Source of the DNA: a bacterium
Lineage (GTDB): Bacteria > Patescibacteriota > CPR2 > UBA1875 > JAJYID01
Assembly (NCBI GenBank): GCA_030647205.1
Contig: JAUSJO010000006.1
Span: 11,163-75,162, forward strand
DNA length: 64,000 nucleotides
Direction of reading: 5' to 3'
The notes beneath the pieces are model-generated. The model did not search any database. It worked only from the letters and a program-made list of their open reading frames with translations, and was not told where the DNA came from. The translations under genes and the position numbers were made by a program. Shown piece by piece: positions 9,706 to 19,923 of the stretch (the stretch's first letter is position 1; each line of letters starts with the position of its first letter).

Positions 9706-10257
9706 TTACAATAGGGATTTAAGAACAAGTTCCTGTTCTTTCCAATCCTTGAACTCGACGCGTTCGCAGTTGTCAGGAAGCTGATCCTTGAAACGCTCAG
9801 GTATATTTCCGTTAACCCAAAGGTTGTCGGTAACGATATACTGCCTCATCTTTTTATCGATGCGACGAAAGATGTGAGTGTCACCACCCAAACCTTTGAA
9901 GCGCTTTGGACCATCGGTTTTTCCTCCATCGATATACTGTTTTCCATCGATACGGATTGACCATGGTTCATCTTTGAACGTGATCCGTTCGGTCCAGTAG
10001 TCGCAAGTGTGACAGAGCCCAGACTCCCATCTTTCGATGCGATCCTCAGCCCAAAGTCCACGAACATTCTCGACCTTACCGCAGACCTTACAAGTAATGA
10101 AATCGTCTCCGATTTCCTTTGAGATCTCGCTAATACGATCCCTAGCCGCACTGGCTATCTGTCGTTCCTGCGAGTACTTGTAGCTGCCAATGGCACTCCT
10201 TTCCTTATCTCTGAAGTCACGAACAACCTTAGCATACTTTTCCCGTAAGCCTTTCAT
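9706..10257 (-). CDS. Hypothetical protein, phage-like, with Cys pairs
   Basis: CKVC...CHTC; C-terminal GLGG...TDNLW.NG.IP.RF...LPDN; own promoter and SD. Confidence 0.7.
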   Translation of the reverse strand: MKGLREKYAKVVRDFRDKERSAIGSYKYSQERQIASAARDRISEISKEIGDDFITCKVCGKVENVRGLWAEDRIERWESGLCHTCDYWTERITFKDEPWSIRIDGKQYIDGGKTDGPKRFKGLGGDTHIFRRIDKKMRQYIVTDNLWVNGNIPERFKDQLPDNCERVEFKDWKEQELVLKSLL

Positions 10258-10345
10258 TTTTCCCCTTTCGTAGGGTTTTCCAAGGTTCTAGTAACATAAT
10301 AACAAATCGTAAGTGTCTTGTCAACACTTTCTTTTAAAATAAAAA

Positions 10346-11377
10346 TTAGAGTATAAACATCCCATCACCATAGGAGTAGAACCTATATCCCCGCTCAATC
10401 GCCTCTTTATAAACTCCTATCACTTTTTCTCTAGTCCAAAAAGCGCTTACCAAGAGTAAAAGTGATGACTTTGGTGTGTGAAAGTTCGTAATCATCGCGT
10501 CAACGAATCCGAACTTGTAACCAGGGTAAATGTAGATATTTGTTTCTCCTGATTTCGGCTTTAAAATACCGTTTTCTTGACATGACTCCAAAACCCTAAC
10601 GGTCGTTGTACCAACAGCAATGATTCTCCGGCCTTCTTTCTTTGCCTTGTTCAATTTGTTAGCTAAATCCACTGGCAGATCAAAGTATTCTGAGTGAATT
10701 TTGTGGTCCTCAATATTCTTAGTGCGAATCGGCTCAAAGGTCCCAAGCCCGACATGAAGGTCGACAAATCCTATATCACAGCCTTTATCCTCAATCTTCC
10801 GCATCAACTCGCTCGTAAAATGCAGTCCTGCCGTTGGCGCGGCAGAAGAACCCGGTTTATCTGCATAGATAGGTTGATAATCAGTAACGTCAGCTCGCTC
10901 ATCATGTTTCTCGTGACGCGCTTTTAAGATGTACGGTGGCAGTGGCATCTCTCCAATACGTTCAACTTCTCTCCAGAAACCATCACTGGAAAGATTGAAT
11001 TTTAATCTGAATACCCCTTCTATAACATCAACCACTTCCGCACTAAACCCATCGCTAAACTGAATCTCTGACCCAAGCCTTAGCCTCTTCCCCGGCCTTG
11101 CCATTGCCTGCCAGATACCGTGATCATCTTTAACCAACAGGACTTCAACGTTCTTCTCCCCAATCTGACCAAACAATCTTGCGGGGATAACTTTGGAGCT
11201 GTTAAAAACTAAGAAATCTCCCTTTTGCAAGAAATTCGGGAGATCATAAAAATGAGAATGGATGATTTTCCCTGTTTTTCTATCCGCTACTAAAAGATTC
11301 GCTGAGTCTCGCGGATCAGCCGGATGGGTAGCTATAAGATCTTCAGGCAAGTTAAAATCAAAGTCTCTAAGCAGCAT
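10346..11377 (-). CDS. queA: SAM:tRNA ribosyltransferase-isomerase QueA
   Basis: PLPPYI, AAPTAGLHFT, LHVGLGTF, TNFH.PKS, YRFYSYGD. Confidence 0.97.
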   Translation of the reverse strand: MLLRDFDFNLPEDLIATHPADPRDSANLLVADRKTGKIIHSHFYDLPNFLQKGDFLVFNSSKVIPARLFGQIGEKNVEVLLVKDDHGIWQAMARPGKRLRLGSEIQFSDGFSAEVVDVIEGVFRLKFNLSSDGFWREVERIGEMPLPPYILKARHEKHDERADVTDYQPIYADKPGSSAAPTAGLHFTSELMRKIEDKGCDIGFVDLHVGLGTFEPIRTKNIEDHKIHSEYFDLPVDLANKLNKAKKEGRRIIAVGTTTVRVLESCQENGILKPKSGETNIYIYPGYKFGFVDAMITNFHTPKSSLLLLVSAFWTREKVIGVYKEAIERGYRFYSYGDGMFIL

Positions 11378-11378
11378 T

Positions 11379-11672
11379 CTAAAAGTTTAAGAATGGGTTT
11401 TTTGTTATATAACCAGGATTTTCTATACCTGAAGTGTCATATGTTGTATCAAAAAGTTTTTTTGTCCGGTTCTTATCAAAGGTGGCTGAAAGATTATCAA
11501 CTTCCTGCTTCGCAGTCGATACAACGTTTGCATCAGGTGCACGGTTTAAAAGAAAATATCCAAATGCGACAATAGATAACCCTACAACCAAAAAAACGAC
11601 TATAAAAATATAGGGCATCTTTTTTGAAAGATCCAACTCCGGTTTTTTAAAACTAATCGATGGTGTTTTCAT
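11379..11672 (-). CDS. Small membrane protein closing the pilMNO operon (PilP-like position)
   Basis: TM helix, C-terminal NPF; overlaps pilO stop. Confidence 0.65.
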   Translation of the reverse strand: MKTPSISFKKPELDLSKKMPYIFIVVFLVVGLSIVAFGYFLLNRAPDANVVSTAKQEVDNLSATFDKNRTKKLFDTTYDTSGIENPGYITKNPFLNF

Positions 11673-12265
11673 TTTTTTAAGTATGCGTTAACTTGTAAAA
11701 CTGCGTCAACCACATCTCCGGAAACGGTGATATCTTTAGAATATTTTACATCTCTTATTTCAACCAACCTGCCATAGTTTTCCATGTCTTTAAGCACCGA
11801 GTTAACGCCAGCATAGCTCCCGTGCAAAGTCACTTGGAACGGGAATATGTTGTAACCGTCAGCCTTTTGCGTCTGCGAACCATCCGGTTTGTCTTTTGAT
11901 GAGGAAGCACTTTTGCTTTGAGACCCTCCGACTTGGTAGGCACTAAAACTCAGTAAATTTTTGGTAGCCATGCCCTCTATATCTTTTAGAATCTTAGATA
12001 CTTCTTTCTCTTCCGGCAAATATTGCTCTAACTTGCTCTCCTCCAAAGACATGTCTCTCAAACTTCCCTCGAGTCCCGCCAAGGCCTCTATTTTCTTGTT
12101 ATTGTTCATTGAGATATATTTGTTTTTGCTGACTTCACGGCTGACATTGTTTAAAGCAAATATAAGGTAAGCACTTGCTAACAGGGTTACACAAACTACT
12201 CCCCCCAAGAACATGTAGAGCATCTTGTGAAATGACTTTGCGTTTAAGCCTTTTTCGTTTTTCAT
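11669..12265 (-). CDS. pilO: Type IV pilus assembly protein PilO
   Basis: TM + coiled coil; LPEEKEV, GSY...E..GRL; operon position. Confidence 0.8.
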   Translation of the reverse strand: MKNEKGLNAKSFHKMLYMFLGGVVCVTLLASAYLIFALNNVSREVSKNKYISMNNNKKIEALAGLEGSLRDMSLEESKLEQYLPEEKEVSKILKDIEGMATKNLLSFSAYQVGGSQSKSASSSKDKPDGSQTQKADGYNIFPFQVTLHGSYAGVNSVLKDMENYGRLVEIRDVKYSKDITVSGDVVDAVLQVNAYLKK

Positions 12266-12834
12266 TTTGTCGCTCCTTTTAAAGTCGCACTCTTTTCCAG
12301 TTTTGCGTTCATAGTAAAGATGTTTACTGTCGTTCCTTGTTTGACCGGATCATCGGTTTCTTTTATCGAGTCAATGTTAACATCTGAAAAGGCGTCTGTA
12401 TTCTCCAGAGCATCCCGGAAAAGCCCTATATCGTTTTTTACTTTTGCATAGCCTGAAATTTTCAGTGTATCATTTTGAGTTTCCACAATAGAAAGGTATA
12501 TGCCTTCAGGAGTATTTTTATCCAAATACAGATCAAATTTGGTGAAATATTTATAACCCAACCTTATTTTATCAATGCTTTTTGCCTTATCATCGATTTT
12601 TTTCTTTTCCTCAATTATCGGCTTATAGTTATCAATAACCTTGCTTGATTCATCTATTTCTTTAAGGAAAAATCTATTACTGTTTAAAAGAGATACTCCG
12701 CAAATCAGAAATGCCACCAAAGCAAACAAGCAAAGCAAGACAACCACTTTAAGATATCTCAAAGCTATTTTGTTTTTTCTGGAGAAGCTGATATTCTCCT
12801 TTAGGTCTTCCGGCAAAAGATTGATGGTAATCAT
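12262..12834 (-). CDS. pilN: Type IV pilus assembly protein PilN
   Basis: N-terminal INLLP motif, TM helix; start refined to MITINLLP. Confidence 0.85.
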   Translation of the reverse strand: MITINLLPEDLKENISFSRKNKIALRYLKVVVLLCLFALVAFLICGVSLLNSNRFFLKEIDESSKVIDNYKPIIEEKKKIDDKAKSIDKIRLGYKYFTKFDLYLDKNTPEGIYLSIVETQNDTLKISGYAKVKNDIGLFRDALENTDAFSDVNIDSIKETDDPVKQGTTVNIFTMNAKLEKSATLKGATK

Positions 12835-12835
12835 T

Positions 12836-13885
12836 TTACGCTCCCTCCAATGAGCGAAGCGCAAGCCCTATAGCGTTTGCAAATGCAGGAGCTTCAGACT
12901 TCGGTACGGGTTTCAAGGGATAAGTGTCAATATTTACCCATGGATTGCCTATTTTGACTTCTATACCTAGAGAATTTGCCAAGTACTCTGTAAGACCTAC
13001 AAGGTTTGATGCTCCGCCGCATAGAACCACCTTGGCTGTTTTTTTCTCAAACCTTTCATCGTGATATTTGATAACTTTTTGCATTTCGTTATTTAGATTT
13101 TCCAGCTCCGGCTGCAACAAGCTTTCTATTTTTTTATCTTTTAGCCCCTTAGAAAACAGCAACTTATCTGCCTCTTTCTTCTCAACTTTTAATCCTGAAA
13201 TTATAAGATCAATCCACGCTTTCCCGCCTATATCAAGACTGTCTGAAAGCCTGAGCGTATGGTCATAAAAGCCAAGGTTTGTGGATCTCGCTCCGATATC
13301 GGCAACCAACATCACTTCATCATGCTCTTTGTTTGAAACAAGTGCTCTGATAACAGACACGAGGCTAGTTTCTATCGCTTCCGGCTGCAAGCCTAGTCTC
13401 TCAAAAAGCTGAACATACGAGTTTACTATTGCAAGCGGTGCCGCAACCAAAAGAACATCATTCATATCTTCTTTGGTAGCAGACGGCCCCAAAACCTGAA
13501 AGTCAATCGTAAGGTCAGTCAAAGCCATAGGGATTGACTGGTCAGCCTCCCACATTACCGCTTCTTTAAGCTCCTTCTCGGCTAACTTAGGCAACTCCAG
13601 AACTCTGGTAAAAATATTTTTATCAGGGATAGAGGCGATAACCTTCTCTACTGAAAACTTACCTTCCTGTGTTTCGGTCATCATTTCCCTAATAATTTTC
13701 ACCATTTTATCGTGATCGGAAATAATGCCTTCTATTACAAGATTATCAGGGAGCTCTCTGGACTCATAGCCCATAAGTTTGGTGAGTGACTTCTTTTTCT
13801 TCAGCTGGACAATCTTAACAGAGCTGGCACCAATATCCAGCCCCAAACAATCCTTCTGCTTATATATAAGTTCCTGTTTCGACAA
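12836..13885 (-). CDS. pilM: Type IV pilus assembly protein PilM
   Basis: GLDIGASSVK, DIGARST, LCGG, AIGLALR; TTG start after AAGGAGG. Confidence 0.93.
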   Translation of the reverse strand: MSKQELIYKQKDCLGLDIGASSVKIVQLKKKKSLTKLMGYESRELPDNLVIEGIISDHDKMVKIIREMMTETQEGKFSVEKVIASIPDKNIFTRVLELPKLAEKELKEAVMWEADQSIPMALTDLTIDFQVLGPSATKEDMNDVLLVAAPLAIVNSYVQLFERLGLQPEAIETSLVSVIRALVSNKEHDEVMLVADIGARSTNLGFYDHTLRLSDSLDIGGKAWIDLIISGLKVEKKEADKLLFSKGLKDKKIESLLQPELENLNNEMQKVIKYHDERFEKKTAKVVLCGGASNLVGLTEYLANSLGIEVKIGNPWVNIDTYPLKPVPKSEAPAFANAIGLALRSLEGA

Positions 13886-13948
13886 AAGTCTTCCCTCCTT
13901 ACCACTTCTGATTATAAAGAATAAGCCGTGTTTGGTAAATGACAATTG

Positions 13949-15172
13949 CTAAGGCGGTGTTATCTCTTGCCATTCTTTTATACTCCATGTGCCGCCAGGT
14001 CCGCCCGCAAAGTTAACGTTAGCCAAACCCGATTCATAGTCTATCTTACCACCACCCGTAAGATACAGTGTCTGTCCTGTCATGGCAACGATCTTGCCTC
14101 CTCCGGAAAATTTCATCGATCCGTAATATGCGTAAAGCGCAAGTTTTTCGGCCTCAAGACCACCCGTAAAACCTATAGCCGAACTGCCCTCAGAGTTTTC
14201 TGTACTAGTTGAAATAAAAAGTATATAAGCATTACTTGAATTGCTCAAAAATTTTGATTTTGTAGAACCTGCTCCTATATCTATTTTGCCATCCACTATT
14301 ACAATGGTTCCATTTGACCCCATTGAATCGTCAATCTTCCAATAACCGCCAGTAAGAGTGAGATTTCCATGTATATACAGAGGCCCGAGCAAATTTATCT
14401 TTTGACTAGTGCTTGACATATTCATGTCTCCCACAATCTCCTTAGGTCCAAGGTCTGTATACGTCCCAGTTGAAGGAGGCGAATAGTTACCCGATATAGT
14501 TCCACCAGCTCTGGCTATGTTTTTCCATGAATTTAAATCAATCTGAGGGAGATCAACTGGACTGGCAGGAGATGTTTTTACCCCGTCTATTGTATCATGA
14601 GGATCGGATATACTTCCCACCGCCCAAGCATCTCCTCTATCATGAATATTCGCAGAGGCAGCAGAAACAGAAATTCCGCCGTTTGAATACAGACTACCCT
14701 CAACCTCCGCATTACCAGTTACAAATATCCCGCCGCTTCCGGCTTGAATCGCATAGTTAAACGAAGCATTCTCAGTAACCGGTTTGTCGCTAATCTTCAC
14801 CTTTATAGCCTTTTTGAACTTCGGATTTGCCTTTGTAGGAACGTAGGCAGTAGAAATAATATATTTATTGCCGGGGTCAATGGGGGTAACGGTGACATCA
14901 AACTCTCCACCTGAAATACTTGAGTTACCGGTTTCTCCTGAATAAGAAAGGTTATGACCTTTTAGCTCCCACATGGCCTTGTTAACCCCCGCTTCAGCGA
15001 TGTTCAGGGCAATATTCTTTTGATAAGATCGGCTAACAGATAGCCTGTTTTCAAGAGAAAGAGCTGCGGCCGCTAGTAGAAAAGAAGAAAGCACTGTCAG
15101 CATAATGACAAAAACTGCAATTATAGACCCCCGACTATTTCTAATATATTGAAATCTGATGTCTCTACTCAC
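13949..15172 (-). CDS. PilX-like minor pilin / pilus-associated protein
   Basis: RGS + hydrophobic helix, ALNIAEAG; Gly-rich beta C-terminus. Confidence 0.8.
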   Translation of the reverse strand: MSRDIRFQYIRNSRGSIIAVFVIMLTVLSSFLLAAAALSLENRLSVSRSYQKNIALNIAEAGVNKAMWELKGHNLSYSGETGNSSISGGEFDVTVTPIDPGNKYIISTAYVPTKANPKFKKAIKVKISDKPVTENASFNYAIQAGSGGIFVTGNAEVEGSLYSNGGISVSAASANIHDRGDAWAVGSISDPHDTIDGVKTSPASPVDLPQIDLNSWKNIARAGGTISGNYSPPSTGTYTDLGPKEIVGDMNMSSTSQKINLLGPLYIHGNLTLTGGYWKIDDSMGSNGTIVIVDGKIDIGAGSTKSKFLSNSSNAYILFISTSTENSEGSSAIGFTGGLEAEKLALYAYYGSMKFSGGGKIVAMTGQTLYLTGGGKIDYESGLANVNFAGGPGGTWSIKEWQEITPP

Positions 15173-15746
15173 TATTCCTCCTTTTAGCCTCTGCCGTAAC
15201 ATTGATTGTTTGCGTCTGCCCTTGACCGGTGTTTTGGATTGTTAGACTAGTATTTACCATGGTACTACTTGGCGGCGCCTGGTCATAGGAAAATACTAAA
15301 GAACTAACATTATCTAAAATTACCTGATCCAGGTTATTTTGTCCATGGAGCCGACTGCTCACATTATCCGACAAGACCAGCTTATGAAGATTACTTCCCT
15401 CTATGTAATAGATGATATGGTCATACACTTTCTGTGAACCGCTGTAAAGAAAGATGTCTGAGTTATCAATGGCTGGTATGTCCAGAATAAGTGTTGTCGC
15501 TCCGCCCGTATAACCGGCATACGCTTCTCCCACCTTAGCACTCAGTTTAACATTTTCATTGATACCTTCCAAAACGCTCTTTGATTCTACTTGCAACTTC
15601 GACTTTCGCATCTCTTTACCAGAAGAAATCGTCCCGTTCATATACATATCGCCAAGAACCACTACCATCATAGAGATGATCACGAGCGCAATCGTCACCT
15701 CAATAAGAGTGAATCCTTTTTTATTATCCTTAAAGTGAAATTTCAT
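15165..15746 (-). CDS. Prepilin-type minor pilin
   Basis: KGFTLIE N-methylation motif. Confidence 0.88.
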   Translation of the reverse strand: MKFHFKDNKKGFTLIEVTIALVIISMMVVVLGDMYMNGTISSGKEMRKSKLQVESKSVLEGINENVKLSAKVGEAYAGYTGGATTLILDIPAIDNSDIFLYSGSQKVYDHIIYYIEGSNLHKLVLSDNVSSRLHGQNNLDQVILDNVSSLVFSYDQAPPSSTMVNTSLTIQNTGQGQTQTINVTAEAKRRNSE

Positions 15747-15789
15747 TTTTCCTCTCAATCCTCAATACTACATACTCAAATACCGGTCT

Positions 15790-16179
15790 TCATCTGGCTA
15801 TCAATGTAGTCAGAGTGACTGTTTCCGTTTTGTTTTTTTCGGTAAAGTTGACATCAACTTTAGCTTTTATGATATCTGTTTCTGCTAATCCGTCACCGTT
15901 TATATCGGTACTAATTGTAATTACACCGCTGCCTCTCGGGACAGAAGGTGTCTGGAATGTTCCGCTGGCAAGAGAATCAAAAGAAGTGTTCCTTAGATTT
16001 TCTATTTCTTTATGTGCCGCTTCATAGGCCTGAAGACGTGTTTTCGACTCAGCATTCTGGACCATGTTCTCGGTAATCATGGGGAGCAAAGTCACTACAA
16101 ATAGCGATAAGACAATAACTAAAATAATTACCTCCATCAAGGTCACTCCTTCTTGATTTTTCAAAAGAGCTCGTTTCAT
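15790..16179 (-). CDS. Prepilin-type minor pilin (PilV-like)
   Basis: EGVTLME motif plus hydrophobic helix. Confidence 0.82.
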   Translation of the reverse strand: MKRALLKNQEGVTLMEVIILVIVLSLFVVTLLPMITENMVQNAESKTRLQAYEAAHKEIENLRNTSFDSLASGTFQTPSVPRGSGVITISTDINGDGLAETDIIKAKVDVNFTEKNKTETVTLTTLIAR

Positions 16180-16250
16180 ATCTTCATTATAAACATTTCA
16201 GGAAATAAAAAACAGCCCCGATTAAATGAGCTGTTTTTTAAAACAGTATA

Positions 16251-16631
16251 CTACTGTTTGTTCTTCAGAGTTGTAAGAACGGTTGTTCCATCGTCCTTAT
16301 AGGCAATAAGAGTATAGTCAGCAGAACTAGCCTGTGAGTAAGAGTAAGCAGCGTTACTCTTCGGATCTACAGGAAGAGTAGTGTTAGCAAATTTACTCTG
16401 GACACAAGTGTTAGTTAAGCTTGCCGGATATGAGTTGGTGTTGTCAGTGAAACAATCCTCAAGAGCTGTTTGGATTCTTGAGATATCCGCATTCCTCTTA
16501 GCATCGTTAGCTTTTGATTTGTTACCACTTGTTGCGCCGATAACGATCAAAATAAGGATACCCAAGATAACAACAACTATCAAAAGTTCGATCAATGTAA
16601 AACCTTGTCTATTTTGTAACTTTTTTAACAT
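16251..16631 (-). CDS. Major type IV pilin (probable)
   Basis: QGFTLIELLIVVVILGIL, A.DAKR.AD, PVDP; own promoter, strong SD and terminator. Confidence 0.88.
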   Translation of the reverse strand: MLKKLQNRQGFTLIELLIVVVILGILILIVIGATSGNKSKANDAKRNADISRIQTALEDCFTDNTNSYPASLTNTCVQSKFANTTLPVDPKSNAAYSYSQASSADYTLIAYKDDGTTVLTTLKNKQ

Positions 16632-16741
16632 TTTTCACCTCCTTCCCGCCCTCCTTAGGCTTGCGCCTACCACCGGGTCTTTATATTTCGTTTGTGCTGT
16701 AATTATATGTTTAGCTTCTTAAGCTTGTCAATGACAAATAC

Positions 16742-17956
16742 TTAGTTGATATTTTGAGTTGCCGTATAAATCGGCGTGATAATGGAAATAACAATAAAAC
16801 CAATGGCGATCCCCACTACTATCATTATAACCGGCTCTATGATACTTGATATATTTTTGGTAAAGTTATCGATCTGGCGTTCATAAAACTCAGCCACTTT
16901 TATGAGCATCTTATCTAGATTACCAGTCTCTTCCCCGACTCCAACCATCTGAGAAACCATAACAGGGAAAACCTTCGATTGTTTCATCGGATCAGCAAGA
17001 GGAGAACCGTTTTTTACCTTTTCCGCAACTTTCCTCACCTCATCCGAAAAAACAACGTTTTTTGTGGAACGCGACACTACGTCTAGAGCCTCCAAAACAG
17101 AAACACCACTTGAAAGCAGAGAACCTAACGTTCTCGAAAACCTGGCCAGGTTGAACTTCAACGCAATCTTGCCGATAATGGGAAGTTTTAGAATAATTTT
17201 GTGCAAACCCCATTTCAGTTTCTCATTTTTTTGAAATGCAAGGTATACTCCAACTATGAGAGCAACTGCCCCAATAGCCATAAAAACGCCATATTTAAGC
17301 ATTGCACGACTTGTCCCTATTAAAATCACTGTTGAAAGAGGAAGTTTGGCTCCCAGTTCACTAAAGAGACCTGCTATGGAAGGAACAACCTTTACCATAA
17401 GGAAGATAACCGCCCCGATCATCGCCGTTAAAATAACAATTGGGTAAGTTAGAGCTCCCTTTATCTTTGCGACTAGCTCATGGTCTTTCTGTGTTTGTAC
17501 CGCAAGCTCTTCCAAGGTCTTATCGAGAGTTCCTCCTGTTTCACCACTTCTTACCATGTTGATAAATACCGGAGAAAAATATTTGGATTGTTTCTCAAGC
17601 GCCCCGGATAAAGACTGTCCGCCTTCAATGTCTCTAAGTATCCCATCTGAGATCTTCCTCATCGTACCTTTTGTGGACTGTTCTTTTATAATATTTATAG
17701 ACTGAGTAAGCGGGACACCGGAGTTTATGAGCGTTGAAAGCTCCTCACAAAACATCATTTTATCACCCAAAGAAAAATGATCAAAGATATTGATGCCTTT
17801 TAGTTTGCCGCCAACACTATTGTCTTTTGTTATGACAATAGGGGTAATGCCATTATTCCCCAGAAGTGTTGCCGCCTCATCTCGGTTGATAGCATCTATA
17901 ACGCCCTTTGCCGTGTTGCCATCCTTACCCTTGCCAGTGTAGTTAAACTTTGCCAT
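16742..17956 (-). CDS. pilC: Type IV pilus platform protein PilC (GspF family)
   Basis: LSTLINSGVPL, GETGGTL, ALTYP, VGEETGNL, IEP. Confidence 0.95.
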   Translation of the reverse strand: MAKFNYTGKGKDGNTAKGVIDAINRDEAATLLGNNGITPIVITKDNSVGGKLKGINIFDHFSLGDKMMFCEELSTLINSGVPLTQSINIIKEQSTKGTMRKISDGILRDIEGGQSLSGALEKQSKYFSPVFINMVRSGETGGTLDKTLEELAVQTQKDHELVAKIKGALTYPIVILTAMIGAVIFLMVKVVPSIAGLFSELGAKLPLSTVILIGTSRAMLKYGVFMAIGAVALIVGVYLAFQKNEKLKWGLHKIILKLPIIGKIALKFNLARFSRTLGSLLSSGVSVLEALDVVSRSTKNVVFSDEVRKVAEKVKNGSPLADPMKQSKVFPVMVSQMVGVGEETGNLDKMLIKVAEFYERQIDNFTKNISSIIEPVIMIVVGIAIGFIVISIITPIYTATQNIN

Positions 17957-19905
17957 TATTCCTGTGTTACCCTTATTATTTCTTCAATGGACGTGATACC
18001 GCCTAAAACTTTCGTAAAACCATCCTGGTACATATTTATAAATCCGGTTTTCCCTGCTTCTTCCACTAGCTCTTCTTCGGATGCTTTTCTAACTATCATA
18101 GAACCCATTTCATCGGTTATCTCTATGACTTCATAAATCCCGAGCCTACCTTTGTAACCGGTCTGCTCGCATTTATTACATCCTACGGGCTTATAAAGCT
18201 TTAGGGAAAACTTATCGGTTTTGCCCAGTTTTGATCTGCAAGACCTGGGGTCCGTTTTTGTAAATATTTCCTGGCGGACCTCTCTCCCTGTTTTTTCGGA
18301 AACTTTATCTAGCAGTTCTGTTTCTTCTTCTAGGATCTGTAGTATCGATTTCTTGCCAATCGACGCTTTGACTGACTCAATATCTTTAGATTCCAGCCCT
18401 AAATCATTGAGCTTCTTTTTTTCTTTATCGCCTGTTTCGATATTTAAAAGCTCTTCTTTCAAACCAAAATCACAAATAATTTTTTCGAGACCCTTGCCGT
18501 CTAGTGAATATTCCTCCCGACAATCAGGACAAAGCTTTCTCACTAAACGCTGACCGATTACTGTATTGACCGTAGAAGCAATCAGGAACGGCTCCGACCC
18601 CATATCTTCAAGTCTTGGTAGTGCACCGGCCGCTGAGTTTGTATGCAAGGTTGAAAGCACAACATGACCGGTCAAGGCGGCATGGATAGCCATCTCGGCC
18701 GTTTCTTTATCACGAACCTCTCCAACCATTATAACGTCCGGGTCTTGCCTTAGAAGCGCCCTTAGACCCGATGCAAAAGTCATGCCGACAGCAGTGTTTA
18801 CCTGGGTCTGATTCACACCCGGAATCCTATACTCTACCGGGTCCTCTACAGTCGAAATATTCACGCCGATATCGTTGATAAGCGTCAAGAGACTATACAG
18901 GGTAGTTGATTTTCCTGAGCCGGTCGGACCGGTGACAAGTGTCATTCCGTGCGCCCGGTGCAAATTCTTTTTGATAATTCCAAGCGCAAGGCCTCGAAAC
19001 CCTAGCTCCTCTAATGATGCCGCCTTTGTTGATTCATCTAGAATTCTCATCACAACTTTTTCACCATCCATGACAGGCAGGGTTGAAACACGGATTGAAA
19101 TATTTTTCCCGGCTAAGTTTAGCTTTATTCTCCCGTCCTGAGGTATACGATGTTCGTCAATTCTTAAGTTCGAAAGGATCTTTACCCTTGTCACTATCGA
19201 AGGGAGTATTTGCCTCGGCAGGGTCATGGTATCACGAAGAACACCATCAATTCTGTATCTAACTTGGATGAAAGTCTCTCTGGGTTCTATGTGGACGTCT
19301 GAAGCGCGTGACTTAACTGCGTACTCCAAGATTATATTCACTGCTCTTGCAATAGGAGCTTCCTGAACAATTTCCCGAACAGAATCAGCGGTGGCCGTAT
19401 CTTCAAGCTCTTCTTCCTCAATAGAAATTTCCTTGTTTTCCTGAATTGCCTTAGAAATTTCCTCTGAAAACTCTGCCTTATACTGATCTAAAACATAGTC
19501 AATCTCGGTTTGGGAAGTAATAAATATCTTTAGACTTTTCCCGAATTTCTTTTTTATGAACTGTGTCGCCTGGATGTCTTCCGGATCGCTCATGGCAAGT
19601 GAGAATTTGCCATCTTCACCTACCTCAAAAACAACCGTAGAGTACTTTCTTGCAATCTTCTCCGGAAGATTTTTTAAAACCTTTTTATCTACCTGGACTT
19701 CCGATAGGTCAACGTAACGGATTCCTATTTCTTCTCCGTAGAGTTTGGTAAGATCTCTGTCTGAGACAACCTTCTTGCTTATAAGGAGAGTCTGTAAATC
19801 AACCTTGCTTTCAGCAGCTTCTTTTTGATAATCACTAAACTTGTCCTCTGTTAAAAGGTTATTTTCAATTAAGAGTTTTTTCAGCTGATCTTCGTTTATA
19901 TGCAT
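17956..19905 (-). CDS. pilB: Type IV pilus assembly ATPase PilB (GspE family)
   Basis: ASDVHIEP, GPTGSGKSTT, LRQDPDVIMVGEVRD, TGH.VLSTLHTN. Confidence 0.96.
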   Translation of the reverse strand: MHINEDQLKKLLIENNLLTEDKFSDYQKEAAESKVDLQTLLISKKVVSDRDLTKLYGEEIGIRYVDLSEVQVDKKVLKNLPEKIARKYSTVVFEVGEDGKFSLAMSDPEDIQATQFIKKKFGKSLKIFITSQTEIDYVLDQYKAEFSEEISKAIQENKEISIEEEELEDTATADSVREIVQEAPIARAVNIILEYAVKSRASDVHIEPRETFIQVRYRIDGVLRDTMTLPRQILPSIVTRVKILSNLRIDEHRIPQDGRIKLNLAGKNISIRVSTLPVMDGEKVVMRILDESTKAASLEELGFRGLALGIIKKNLHRAHGMTLVTGPTGSGKSTTLYSLLTLINDIGVNISTVEDPVEYRIPGVNQTQVNTAVGMTFASGLRALLRQDPDVIMVGEVRDKETAEMAIHAALTGHVVLSTLHTNSAAGALPRLEDMGSEPFLIASTVNTVIGQRLVRKLCPDCREEYSLDGKGLEKIICDFGLKEELLNIETGDKEKKKLNDLGLESKDIESVKASIGKKSILQILEEETELLDKVSEKTGREVRQEIFTKTDPRSCRSKLGKTDKFSLKLYKPVGCNKCEQTGYKGRLGIYEVIEITDEMGSMIVRKASEEELVEEAGKTGFINMYQDGFTKVLGGITSIEEIIRVTQE

Positions 19906-19923
19906 TTGTCCCCTCCCAGAGAC

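Noticed and set aside
18190-18520. Long insertion between the PilB zinc-binding CxxC pairs
   Set aside because: No intein motifs; variable-length inserts at this site are common in PilB/GspE proteins
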